Origin: a virus
Taxonomy: Duplodnaviria > Caudoviricetes
Length of the DNA: 64,000 nucleotides
Reading direction: 5' to 3' (one strand)
IMG/VR virus record: IMGVR_UViG_3300044719_000048
Span: 32,001 to 96,000 of that record
In this document: positions 8,762 through 17,919 of the stretch, piece by piece
How the letters are laid out: each line of letters begins with the position of its first letter
Position numbering within the stretch: position 1 is the first letter of the stretch
Program-made: the position numbers and the translations under genes
The notes under the pieces: model-generated
Seen by the model: only the letters and a program-made list of their open reading frames with translations
Databases searched by the model: none
Told to the model about the DNA's origin: nothing

Positions 8762-9256
8762 TTATTTCCAACCAGTGCCTTTCTTTGCCGCCGGTTTTGC
8801 GGCCTTCACGGCTTTGGCCGAAGCAACTTTCTTCGGAGCAGCCTTGGTCGGTGCCTTGTGGGCTGCCTTGGCTTTCTTGGTCGGGGCAGCTTCCGTAGCA
8901 GTTGCGGCTTCCTCCGCTTCCTTGGCCGCCTGAGCGTCACGCTGCATCTGAGCGATCTTCTCCTCGTTGCCGGTCACGATCACGGTCTGCATGACCGCAT
9001 CGAGGTTCTGCTGCATGTTCTGCGCCGACATCTGGATCAGGAAGCTGACGTGCTGAACGCCTTGGTGGTAGAAGTGGCGGAACTGGTTGACCTGATCCAC
9101 CGACAGGGCATTGCGCCAGTCGGGATTCATCATGACCAGCGCTTTCTCGAAGCCGATCTGGATGGTCTGCTCTTGCGTTTGCTCGACCTGCATTTCCGGG
9201 ACTTGACCCGCTGCTGCTTGGGCGATTGCGGCTTGTGCGGTTTGGGTGTGGTTCAT
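8762..9256 (-). CDS. Hypothetical protein with a histone H1-like AKP-rich C-terminal tail
   Basis: AAAGGAG RBS; tail KKAKAAHKAPTKAAPKK. Confidence 0.75.
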   Translation of the reverse strand: MNHTQTAQAAIAQAAAGQVPEMQVEQTQEQTIQIGFEKALVMMNPDWRNALSVDQVNQFRHFYHQGVQHVSFLIQMSAQNMQQNLDAVMQTVIVTGNEEKIAQMQRDAQAAKEAEEAATATEAAPTKKAKAAHKAPTKAAPKKVASAKAVKAAKPAAKKGTGWK

Positions 9257-9283
9257 TTGATTCTCCTTTTGGTTGATAGTGCG

Positions 9284-10627
9284 TCAGACATCAGACGCGA
9301 GGTTAGGCAGTTCTTTGCCTTTCTTTTTGCTCTTGACTTCGCCCAACGACGAGTCATCGGCAGCATTCATATCCATCGAGTGGATTTGCATCTTCGCGTA
9401 GTCGATCCTCACATAGAAGGGGAACGACATCGAGTTCCTCGACTTCGGTTGCTCGATCTTCGTGACACCCGTTTCCTTCGACTCGGCGGTTGCCATCCAC
9501 GTCCACGACAAGCTGGAGTGCTCAGTGATGGCCCTCGAATACTTGATCTTGCCTTCGTCGGTCAACTGACAGAGCATGATGTTCGCCCTGCCAGTGTTCT
9601 CAGCGTTGATCTTGCCGTAGCGCGCGACTTGGCCGAGGGCTCGCACTTGATCGTCGCCGTCCACACCTTTCAGAAGACCGATGTAGTCGATGATGTTGAT
9701 GTCTGCATCGTAGGCCGACGTCGCTGCATACACCTCTTCGATCGACTCGTCCTGCTCGGGCTTGTAGATCGTAAGGCGCCCACCAGCGAGCTTGACCTTC
9801 TTGAGCCACTTGCGGAATTTCTTGCGCACCCTGTCGCGGTCGCCGGTGGACAGGCGCTGAAGCCATAGGTCCGAGAAATCAGTGCCCGTGACTGACGCCA
9901 TCAGACGTGTCGTCATCTCCTTCTTCGACATCTCCAGTGGTACGAGCACGACCTTGTAGCCTTGCTGGGCGAAGTTCTTGCCCAGCACGGTGGCCATGAT
10001 CGACTTGCCACCACCAGAGTTAGCACCGATAGTGAACAGGGCCCCTCGATAGACGCCACCCGACACGGAGTCATAGGACTCGATGCCCGTAGGGATAACG
10101 TCAACCGAGTTGTCTTCGTACAGGATCGAATCGACGACCGACATCGAGTTGTTGTTCTTACCGAAGTGCAGGAACGACTCGTCGGTGGCCTTCTTGGCCC
10201 TGATCACCGAGATCGCGTTCGACGTCCTGTGCAGCAAGGCATCGACATCGACCTTCGGGGCCTTCAACTGGTTTGCGAGATCGACCGCGAGGTTGTAGAC
10301 CCCACGACGCTTGCGGTACTTCTCCAGATTCGAGATCGCCTTCTTGGCGTCAGACGCCGTGTACACCAACTGCTGGGATTCGCGGAAGTGCTGGCGAGCC
10401 TCTTTCGACAAGTCCGGGTCTTCAAGCAGCAGCTTGTAGGTTGGGCTCTCGCCCGACTCGCCCATGATCTTCTTGATGGTCTCGTAGACCTCGACAGACT
10501 CCGGCGAGTAGAAGAAAGTCTCATCGACACCTGCTAGCAGCGCCCCTGCTATCTTCTTGTCCTTAGAACACATCCCGCGCAAGACTGCCAGCTCAGCCTT
10601 CGGGGACACCAACTTGAGATTACTCAT
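9284..10627 (-). CDS. DnaB-like replicative DNA helicase
   Basis: Walker A GANSGGGKS; LEMS; IIDYIGLL; LCQL motifs. Confidence 0.9.
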   Translation of the reverse strand: MSNLKLVSPKAELAVLRGMCSKDKKIAGALLAGVDETFFYSPESVEVYETIKKIMGESGESPTYKLLLEDPDLSKEARQHFRESQQLVYTASDAKKAISNLEKYRKRRGVYNLAVDLANQLKAPKVDVDALLHRTSNAISVIRAKKATDESFLHFGKNNNSMSVVDSILYEDNSVDVIPTGIESYDSVSGGVYRGALFTIGANSGGGKSIMATVLGKNFAQQGYKVVLVPLEMSKKEMTTRLMASVTGTDFSDLWLQRLSTGDRDRVRKKFRKWLKKVKLAGGRLTIYKPEQDESIEEVYAATSAYDADINIIDYIGLLKGVDGDDQVRALGQVARYGKINAENTGRANIMLCQLTDEGKIKYSRAITEHSSLSWTWMATAESKETGVTKIEQPKSRNSMSFPFYVRIDYAKMQIHSMDMNAADDSSLGEVKSKKKGKELPNLASDV

Positions 10628-10637
10628 AGTTCCTCAA

Positions 10638-11315
10638 CTAGATTACCTCGATCTTCTGTTTCACAAGGGCTTCACAGAAGTATGCGAGACCGTGAACGGC
10701 CACGTGCAGGCGCGTCGCCAGAAACGAGAGTGGGTCTGCACCGGCAACCACAACGATGCGCGGGACATCTGGGTAAGTCTCCAAGATGTCCCTCGCCTTC
10801 TCCAGCTTTTGGTTCGTCGACTGCGGCGTCAAATTGGTGAGGACGATCATCGACGGCCTAGGACGTTGAGGGTCCAGCCACTGATTATCGAAGCCACCAA
10901 CAAGGTTGATCCACCATGGATTGGCGTCTCCCTTCAAGCGCTTGCAATGGATGTCCACCAGGTAGGCAGCGAACAGCTTGGCTTTCGAGTCGTCGGGATT
11001 GCCTGCCACACCGTAGATCATCGGCTGATGTGGCTTCTTGATGAAACGCACCAACGAGGCGTCTTGCACTGAGGGCTCGATGAACTTTTCGTTCAGCTCA
11101 TCGCTCATCGTAGCAAACGGTTTCGGGTCCCACTTGAAGGCACTCTGCCGCCACACTGATCCAGGTACGATTGATGCCACGGTGCCCTTTTGGGTGACTT
11201 CGATCTTGCTCGGCAGTTCCGATTCATCGACAGGTCGCGCCGTCACCTGCTTGACCTTCGGTGGGGCCTTGGTGGGTCTCTTGGGCTTACCTGCGCCCCC
11301 TTTAATAAAGTCCAT
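10638..11315 (-). CDS. Hypothetical protein, possibly a degenerate DnaC/IstB-like helicase loader
   Basis: P-loop-like GVAGNPDDSKAK and Walker-B-like MIVLTNL; adjacent to the helicase. Confidence 0.45.
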   Translation of the reverse strand: MDFIKGGAGKPKRPTKAPPKVKQVTARPVDESELPSKIEVTQKGTVASIVPGSVWRQSAFKWDPKPFATMSDELNEKFIEPSVQDASLVRFIKKPHQPMIYGVAGNPDDSKAKLFAAYLVDIHCKRLKGDANPWWINLVGGFDNQWLDPQRPRPSMIVLTNLTPQSTNQKLEKARDILETYPDVPRIVVVAGADPLSFLATRLHVAVHGLAYFCEALVKQKIEVI

Positions 11316-11331
11316 GTTACCTCCTGACTCT

Positions 11332-11340
11332 TATTTACTG
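11332..11340 (-). promoter_or_regulatory. Putative phage promoter motif CAGTAAATA
   Basis: Recurs at 15181-15189, 27664-27672 and (AGTAAATA) 62378-62385, each just upstream of a replication-gene unit. Confidence 0.7.
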
Positions 11341-11351
11341 CGACTTCACCA

Positions 11352-12896
11352 TCAGAGCTCCCACGCCGCGTGCTGGTCAACGCGATCCTTTGTACTGAAG
11401 TAAGACTTGAGTACCTTCTCATCGACCTCCGAAATGATGGGCTTGAACTTGGGTTTGATGCAGCCCCACCACTCTTTCGCCAAACAGTTGCGTCGCACCC
11501 CGTATTCGTCCAAGAAGATACGCAATAGCGGAGGGGGCTTATCGTCCCAAGGCGTGAGCACACGGGCCACTCGCTGCTCGCAGTTCTCAAGGTTCGCAGA
11601 CATCGCCACGTCGTAGATCGCGCTTGCTCGTGGAATGTTGATACCCACTGACACGAGCTTGGAGTTACCCACCAAGATACGTGCCTTGTAGACCCTCGCG
11701 TCCTGAATGAGCTGCTTGCGCTTATCCTTCTTCAGCCCGCCCCAGAAGGCGTGTGCCATCTTCTTGCCAGCCATTCGGTTGATCGCCATAGCTAGGGCTT
11801 TGATAGGAGCCACCTGCGAAAGGGGGATGAGCACCATGTGACCGGCTTTCGCATCCTTGATCGCCCACTTGGCGATCAGCTTCAAACGCTTGGGATCAGT
11901 CTCCAGAGACTTGACCATTGACGCCCACATGGACCGCCCTTTGCTGGCTTTCCGATATTCGGTTCTGACCAAACGCACAGTCGGCCGCAGACGATCGACC
12001 TTCGCCTCGTACATGATGGGGCCGAACAAGGCTTCGGTGATGACGTACCGACCGTCCTTGCGATTCGGCGTACCGTCCAACCCGATGCGATAACGCGTGT
12101 TCAGCTTCGACACTGCGGTTGCGTACTTCGCGGCCGCACTCATACGTACCTCGTCGCATACCAGAACCGTGAACATATCGCGGATCTTCTTCAGTAGTCG
12201 CTGTCCCTTCTCGCTGTGGAACGTGGCGACCGTGACTAGGCACACGTCGTATTTCTCGAAGTCAGCTAGGGTCTTGCAGTAGCCGACCTGACGCTTCTTC
12301 GCGTTGGTCATAGCCTTTTGGGTTTCTGAACCACAGAAGGTCTCGTAGAAGCCGTCAAGCCACTCACGTTGAGCAGCCAGAATCATGGCCTTGCCGCCAA
12401 TCTCACAGATGGCTGCCGAGCTCAAAACGGTTTTGCCCGAACGAGGCGGAGCCTTCACAACCCCGAACTTCACCTTCTTGATGCGGTCAATGGCTTCCCT
12501 CTGATACTTGCGAAGCTCCCCAGTGAACTTGATGCGGCGGCTCATTTCGTTCTTGGGGCGCTTCGACTTGAAGACCAGTTCACGGTGCTTGAACAGCTCC
12601 TTGATACCCTTGCGGTCGCCAGCCGGAATGCTGACGTAGGTATTGGACCCAACCTTCACGTCCTTGACGAGGGAGACGCCTCCCTTGAAGGCCGCACAGT
12701 TCGGGCACTGGTCACTCAGGCCCGTGTCGGAGTTGACGCGCTCCTCATTGAACTCGCAAGACTCACAGATCTGCCCGTCCTTCTCGAAGAACAGGTGCGT
12801 GTGGCGCCGTTGTAGAGCTTCGATGTCGGCGGGCTTGATGTCCTTCTTCCGTATGAAGAACGCCTCGCGCGCCACCACTTTAAGTTCCTTTCCCAT
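11352..12896 (-). CDS. Superfamily 2 DNA helicase (UvsW/XPB-like) with an N-terminal zinc motif
   Basis: LRKYQ; APPRSGKT; CDEVR; GLDGTPNRKDG; GINIP; QRVARV; start placed at ATG 12896. Confidence 0.88.
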   Translation of the reverse strand: MGKELKVVAREAFFIRKKDIKPADIEALQRRHTHLFFEKDGQICESCEFNEERVNSDTGLSDQCPNCAAFKGGVSLVKDVKVGSNTYVSIPAGDRKGIKELFKHRELVFKSKRPKNEMSRRIKFTGELRKYQREAIDRIKKVKFGVVKAPPRSGKTVLSSAAICEIGGKAMILAAQREWLDGFYETFCGSETQKAMTNAKKRQVGYCKTLADFEKYDVCLVTVATFHSEKGQRLLKKIRDMFTVLVCDEVRMSAAAKYATAVSKLNTRYRIGLDGTPNRKDGRYVITEALFGPIMYEAKVDRLRPTVRLVRTEYRKASKGRSMWASMVKSLETDPKRLKLIAKWAIKDAKAGHMVLIPLSQVAPIKALAMAINRMAGKKMAHAFWGGLKKDKRKQLIQDARVYKARILVGNSKLVSVGINIPRASAIYDVAMSANLENCEQRVARVLTPWDDKPPPLLRIFLDEYGVRRNCLAKEWWGCIKPKFKPIISEVDEKVLKSYFSTKDRVDQHAAWEL

Positions 12897-13180
12897 CAGA
12901 ACCTCAACTCGTCGACGCGCTTCTTGTAGATAGCCCGATGGACTATGTTGCCATGCCCATCTTTGTTCTCCATGAAGACGAAGCCTTTGCCATAAAGGTG
13001 ATTGACGACCGACTCCACAGCAGAATTCCAATTCAAAATATCGATCTGCCAAACAGAGTGTTGATCATAGAACGTAGCTAGATCGTCAGCTACCTGTGGA
13101 GCTTCGTTTTCATGAAAGCTACTGAACGTGGCCTTCCATGTTCCATCTTCTTGTTCTACCGCGAAAGCGGGTAAGCTCAT
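12896..13180 (-). CDS. Hypothetical protein
   Basis: AGGAG RBS; stop overlaps the helicase start. Confidence 0.7.
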   Translation of the reverse strand: MSLPAFAVEQEDGTWKATFSSFHENEAPQVADDLATFYDQHSVWQIDILNWNSAVESVVNHLYGKGFVFMENKDGHGNIVHRAIYKKRVDELRF

Positions 13181-13194
13181 GATTGCTCCTGTGT

Positions 13195-13719
13195 TTAGAT
13201 GACTGTGCCGCCCTTGGAGTTCTCGAGGAGCTTCAAGATGTCGGTCATATTGGACAGATGGTATCCCGTTTTATCGATGTCTTCGATCAGCGTGTCGAGG
13301 AGCTTGATCAGTGCGTCGCCTTCGTGCTGGACCTCCAATGCAGAAGCGATCATCGTTTCCGTGAACGAGTTGCGGGCCCCGACGGTCTTGAACTTTGCGC
13401 TGATACTGTCCGCGAAGTTGGTCAGCATCGAGTGCTTCATGGCCTTGCACGCTTCGTGGAGAACGTCGATCTGCTTGGAGTAGCGCACACGGATTTCGAC
13501 CAAGCGCGAACGGGCACCCATGTCGTTGGACGAAGCATCCAACAGAGATTTCGGGCTATACCGCTTATCGCCATAGAGCTTGCGCGAAGTCCTGCCAGCA
13601 TGCAAAGCCAATGCCTCTTCGGTATCCTTCTCTATGTTCAGGCGAGCCTGCACCTGCTGGACGATCTTCTTGAAACGCTTGTAGTCCGAACTCTCTCGTA
13701 TATCGCTCTTGATTCCCAT
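13195..13719 (-). CDS. Helical hypothetical protein, possibly a UvsY-like recombination mediator
   Basis: Coiled-coil character; near the UvsW-like helicase; function inferred from context. Confidence 0.45.
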   Translation of the reverse strand: MGIKSDIRESSDYKRFKKIVQQVQARLNIEKDTEEALALHAGRTSRKLYGDKRYSPKSLLDASSNDMGARSRLVEIRVRYSKQIDVLHEACKAMKHSMLTNFADSISAKFKTVGARNSFTETMIASALEVQHEGDALIKLLDTLIEDIDKTGYHLSNMTDILKLLENSKGGTVI

Positions 13720-13727
13720 GCGAGCTC

Positions 13728-14099
13728 CTATTGTTCCGTGAAGATGGTGTCGATCTCTGGATTGACCAGTGGGCTGATCGCCAGCGTCCCCTTGTTAGGG
13801 TAGTGGAAGATCACGAGGTTCTCGTCCTTGACCAACGTCTCGTGCTCAGTGGCCGGGCCCTTGTTGTTCAGGTAGGTCATCAGGTAGGAGCCGCCGTTCT
13901 TCACCTCGAACCGCGAGGTGAAGAGGAAGCCCACTCGGGCCCCCTCTACCAACGCGAAGTGAACGTCGAACATGCAGCTCACCGGAAGACGCTGGCCCAC
14001 CGTTATCTGTGCGCCTGCTGGTACAACCGTGATGGGCAGTAGCCATTGCCCGGACATCTCGTGGAAGACTCCGGGTCCACATTCTGTCAGGGCCCTCAT
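13728..14099 (-). CDS. Hypothetical protein
   Basis: ATGA coupling to the clamp gene. Confidence 0.65.
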   Translation of the reverse strand: MRALTECGPGVFHEMSGQWLLPITVVPAGAQITVGQRLPVSCMFDVHFALVEGARVGFLFTSRFEVKNGGSYLMTYLNNKGPATEHETLVKDENLVIFHYPNKGTLAISPLVNPEIDTIFTEQ

Positions 14100-15157
14100 T
14101 GGTTCAACGAGAGAACGATGGTCGAGTCCTTCAACTGCACGGACAGGAATTCGTCCTTGACGAGCTTCATCTCGACGTTGGTGCCAGCTTTTCTTACCGC
14201 TTCGTCGAGGTACTCGAAGTCGATGGCGAAGTCGCAGCTCTTCGATTTGACCTTAAGCATAGCCTTAGCCGACCCTTGAACCGTAGTGACTTCCATCTTG
14301 AGCTTGCCGTCGGCCACGGAGATCTTGATTTCGGAGCGCTCTTTGGTAGCGATTGCCCTCGAATTGTCGAGGAAGGCCAGAAACTCATCCTTTGGAACTA
14401 CCAGCGACTGACCCTCCGCCTTCTTGGCAGCCTTGGCGGTTTCGATCACGTCGCCGAGCTGCAGCTCGTTCTCCTCTTCCTGAGGCAGCGACAGATTGAC
14501 CTTGACCAGCTTGTTCGATACCAGTACTGAGGCCTTGCCCAGCTCGAGGACGAACGACGAATTGCCGAAAGCGTCGAGCACCGAAGCCAGCGTGTCCAGC
14601 GGGAGCTTGAGCTCAACGTCGCCCTTGATTTCGTCGGAGTTCAGGAACGCCATGTGGTTCACGTCGTAACAGGCGACGAAGGCACCCTTCGACGTGAGCT
14701 TCAGACCGATTGGCATGAACGACGACAGCAGAGCCGTGGGCTTCAGCGCCACCGTAGAGACCGCCGACTTGATCCACGCGGCCTGTTCACCAGAGAACTC
14801 GATTTTGGTCTCGCGCTGCTCTTCTGTGGCTTCGACCTCCAATGCATCGACTGTAGCCAGCTCGCACTTGTAGGCCCCCGATTTGATGCGGCACATGGTC
14901 TTGGAGTACTCGATCTCCAGTTCCTTGCGTCCCTTCGTGGCATCGCGCAGAGCGTTCATGGAGATAGCGAAATTGCCGGCCTTACCTTCGACGGTAGCCG
15001 GCACGTTGATCGAACAGCGAGAGGTTTCCGACGAAGAGTGGATGAAGACTTTCTTGCCGTTGGAACTGACCGTGACATTACCGCTATCAGGTGCGGCCAA
15101 ACGACCAATAACGCGGAGGGCTTCCTGAATGGCGGCTGCATCTATTTTGAAGTTCAT
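14096..15157 (-). CDS. DNA polymerase III beta-like sliding clamp
   Basis: 353 aa three-domain pattern; C-terminal FAIDFEYLDEAV; sits in the replication cluster. Confidence 0.75.
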   Translation of the reverse strand: MNFKIDAAAIQEALRVIGRLAAPDSGNVTVSSNGKKVFIHSSSETSRCSINVPATVEGKAGNFAISMNALRDATKGRKELEIEYSKTMCRIKSGAYKCELATVDALEVEATEEQRETKIEFSGEQAAWIKSAVSTVALKPTALLSSFMPIGLKLTSKGAFVACYDVNHMAFLNSDEIKGDVELKLPLDTLASVLDAFGNSSFVLELGKASVLVSNKLVKVNLSLPQEEENELQLGDVIETAKAAKKAEGQSLVVPKDEFLAFLDNSRAIATKERSEIKISVADGKLKMEVTTVQGSAKAMLKVKSKSCDFAIDFEYLDEAVRKAGTNVEMKLVKDEFLSVQLKDSTIVLSLNQ

Positions 15158-15180
15158 GTTGATCCTTGTTGGAAATCTAT

Positions 15181-15189
15181 TATTTACTG
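15181..15189 (-). promoter_or_regulatory. Putative phage promoter CAGTAAATA
   Basis: Recurrent motif upstream of the clamp gene. Confidence 0.7.
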
Positions 15190-15231
15190 TAAAGCTGCGG
15201 TGCCTACGCTTAGAGCAATGCGTCTAAGGTC

Positions 15232-15261
15232 AAAAAGACCTGCGGTTAGGTCCGCAGGTCT
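15232..15261 (-). terminator. Intrinsic terminator
   Basis: AGACCTGCGG/CCGCAGGTCT stem followed by a T-tract on the - strand. Confidence 0.8.
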
Positions 15262-15266
15262 GTGAA

Positions 15267-16064
15267 TCAAACAACGGTCAGAGTCAGCGTGACCGGAGTG
15301 GCTTGGCCGTGTTGGTCGACCACCTGATAGTGGAAGACATAGGTACCGGCAGCGACGGGCTTGAGCTTGATGATCCTCAGGGTATTGAACTCTATGGCGC
15401 CTGCGCCAATCGTTGTCGGGTACGGCACGAGGGTGGTCTTGAACTCGCCGGACGAAGGATTGCTCACGGTCTCGATGCGCAGCGGCTGATTCTGCGATTG
15501 GGCCTTGAACAGGTTCACCCAGTTGAAGTCGAAGAAGCCGCAGCTCGCCGACAAATCGTTCATGGTCATGCTGAGGGCCCAGCGCAGCGTACCCGGCGTG
15601 ACACTCGGCGCCGGAGGCACGGCAGGAACCGTACCTTGGTCGGCGTCCATCCGAACCGAGAGATCGGTGAACAGAGGGCCGATGTTCAGGCGATAGCCCT
15701 GGCCGACCGTCGGCATGAACCACTGCATCGCGTACTGCGATTCGTCCGCCGAGACGAATGCCGAGTAACCCAGCCACGGGCGCAAATGCTCCTGGCTGTC
15801 AGGGAAGACAGCGGCCATGTATTGGAAGACCCTATGTTTCAGGTCGTCGTTCACCACGAGCTTCGGCAGAGTGACCGTCGTGATCGGGATTGCTCCGTCT
15901 GAGGTCGTGAACGACGTTTCGGTGCCGTCGAACGTTGTGGACTGAATGGTAAGCCATCCACGGATGTTTCCGTTGCCGCCGCAGATGACCGGGAGAATCG
16001 TCTGCGTCGAGGGCGCGTCTAAGGGTTGACCAACAACATTGTCGGTCGCAAAAGGGTTTTTCAT
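15267..16064 (-). CDS. Hypothetical beta-rich protein with an Ig-like C-terminus (possible virion protein)
   Basis: AGTYVFHYQVVDQHGQATPVTLTLTV. Confidence 0.65.
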   Translation of the reverse strand: MKNPFATDNVVGQPLDAPSTQTILPVICGGNGNIRGWLTIQSTTFDGTETSFTTSDGAIPITTVTLPKLVVNDDLKHRVFQYMAAVFPDSQEHLRPWLGYSAFVSADESQYAMQWFMPTVGQGYRLNIGPLFTDLSVRMDADQGTVPAVPPAPSVTPGTLRWALSMTMNDLSASCGFFDFNWVNLFKAQSQNQPLRIETVSNPSSGEFKTTLVPYPTTIGAGAIEFNTLRIIKLKPVAAGTYVFHYQVVDQHGQATPVTLTLTVV

Positions 16065-16415
16065 TTAGTTCTCCAGTTGGACTACAGCGAATCGTATCTC
16101 CGTACCACTACAGGTTAACCCGCAGATGCACTGCCCCTCAGATGGGTCTGGCTGTGTCACCAGCGAAGGATCAGTCGTCGACTCGTCGGTGTTGTCGACG
16201 TTCAGGACACGGGCCTTTATTCGCACTGCAGTCGACAGTACCTGTGAAGGAAATTCTTTGTACGGCATCGAAGGGGCGCTGACCGGAAAACTGTAGAGCT
16301 CGGCGTAGTCTATGGCCCAAGGTTGATTGAATCCTTCCCCGTCGAAGACCAGTGTGTTCGGAGCGACAGCCAGCTGGGCAGTAGCCCCTGAGGGTAGTTG
16401 AACTGTAAGTAGCAT
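16065..16415 (-). CDS. Hypothetical protein
   Basis: AGGAGG RBS. Confidence 0.7.
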   Translation of the reverse strand: MLLTVQLPSGATAQLAVAPNTLVFDGEGFNQPWAIDYAELYSFPVSAPSMPYKEFPSQVLSTAVRIKARVLNVDNTDESTTDPSLVTQPDPSEGQCICGLTCSGTEIRFAVVQLEN

Positions 16416-16430
16416 CGAAACCTCCTGGGG

Positions 16431-17138
16431 TTAAATTGACTTCTTGGAGCTCGACTTGAATAAGTACATGATCTCGAAGGGCTCTACGCCGTGAGCCTTA
16501 GCCACCTGCTCCTCATCGCCGATCTTCCTGTAGTCGGCCACGGCGTCGCGCAGGGTCTGGCATTTCTGGTCTTTCATCAGCTCACGGAGGCGGTCGAGTT
16601 TGTAGGATGACTGGAGCTTCTGGCGCAGTTTCGTTGCCGACTCGGTGCCTGCCAGATAGGAGATGACAAGGGCCTGCACCGAGCGCTTTAGTTCGTACGG
16701 CGTCAGCTTGTAGATCTCGGCCTGCACGTGATTCAAGAACGAAGGCTTAGTGGCCTTATGCACGAAGTCCTCCATCGTCGGCTCTCGGACCTCTAACTTC
16801 CAGTCAGTGGGCAGTGGGTTGTTCACCGCATACTCCAGACTGGCTCGTAGATGGTTGCGCCAATCCTTGATGACCCGAATGTTGGTGGACTGGAGCTCAG
16901 CCAGCGAACCGCAGACGAACATGATCTGTTTTTCGTCTGGTATGCGCTGCCGCTTGAAGACCGTTATGGAAGGCACTATGACTGGTAGCGCCGGTTGTCT
17001 GTACCCCATGTTCTTGAGGCGGGGCACCGCCCGCAAGGAGTTGTCGACCACTACGTGGCTTACGTTGAGGGCCGAGAGCTCAGCGCTCAACTGCATTGGG
17101 GAAGCCAACACCCCATAGATTTGGATCAGGTTTTTCAT
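16431..17138 (-). CDS. Hypothetical protein (replication cluster)
   Basis: Coupled to the methyltransferase gene; 235 aa. Confidence 0.7.
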   Translation of the reverse strand: MKNLIQIYGVLASPMQLSAELSALNVSHVVVDNSLRAVPRLKNMGYRQPALPVIVPSITVFKRQRIPDEKQIMFVCGSLAELQSTNIRVIKDWRNHLRASLEYAVNNPLPTDWKLEVREPTMEDFVHKATKPSFLNHVQAEIYKLTPYELKRSVQALVISYLAGTESATKLRQKLQSSYKLDRLRELMKDQKCQTLRDAVADYRKIGDEEQVAKAHGVEPFEIMYLFKSSSKKSI

Positions 17139-17911
17139 TTCTTGAAGAGGCTCCTTCGACTCTCTTTGTAGGCATCGTTAATACGGTCGCATGCTGTCTC
17201 GAATATAGCCTTGTCTTTTTCGATGCCCACGAATTTGCGTCCAGTTCGTACGCACGCGACACCTGTGGTGCCGGACCCCATACAGTTGTCCAACACGCGC
17301 GCACTCTCTTTCGTGTAGGAGCGAATAAGCCACGCGCACAGGTCCACGGGCTTCTGCGTTGGGTGCACCCGTTCTGCTGAGCTATTGTTCACAACGTTGA
17401 ACTGCAGAACGCTCTGTGGATGACGATCCGTGTTGCCGCCCTTATACACGTTCTTTGCAGCCTGTGATCCATAGTTGCCTGTAGCGTTTCTGCGCACAGC
17501 GGCTGCCGCCTGTCGATGACCTTGAGTCTTCTGGGAGTTGTAGGTGGCCAGCTTCCTGTAGAAGACCAAGATGGATTCGTGATACCGCATGGGCATCTTC
17601 TTGGCGTTCATGTGACCACTTCCCTTGTTCTTATGCCAGACCAGATCGTACTTGAAGTACTTCAATTGGCTGCACACAAGCAGAGAGGTGAAGGGTTGGG
17701 CTGCAAACTGGATGATGGCTCCATCGCGCATTAGCCTCCAGTACTCAGGCCATAGCTGATCGAAGTCCAGAATAGAGTCCCACGCGTTAGCAGTTGTTCC
17801 ATACGGTAGGTCACATAGAACTAGGTCGATCTTCTTGGCAGGAAATCTAGGCATGACTTTCAGACAGTCACCTCGAATCAGCAGATGAGGTCCGATCTTG
17901 ACTTTCTTCAT
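17135..17911 (-). CDS. Orphan amino (N6-A/N4-C) DNA methyltransferase, beta class
   Basis: DLPYG catalytic motif precedes HPTQKP and the LDNCMGSGTTG SAM-binding motif. Confidence 0.93.
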   Translation of the reverse strand: MKKVKIGPHLLIRGDCLKVMPRFPAKKIDLVLCDLPYGTTANAWDSILDFDQLWPEYWRLMRDGAIIQFAAQPFTSLLVCSQLKYFKYDLVWHKNKGSGHMNAKKMPMRYHESILVFYRKLATYNSQKTQGHRQAAAAVRRNATGNYGSQAAKNVYKGGNTDRHPQSVLQFNVVNNSSAERVHPTQKPVDLCAWLIRSYTKESARVLDNCMGSGTTGVACVRTGRKFVGIEKDKAIFETACDRINDAYKESRRSLFKK

Positions 17912-17919
17912 GTGCTCCC

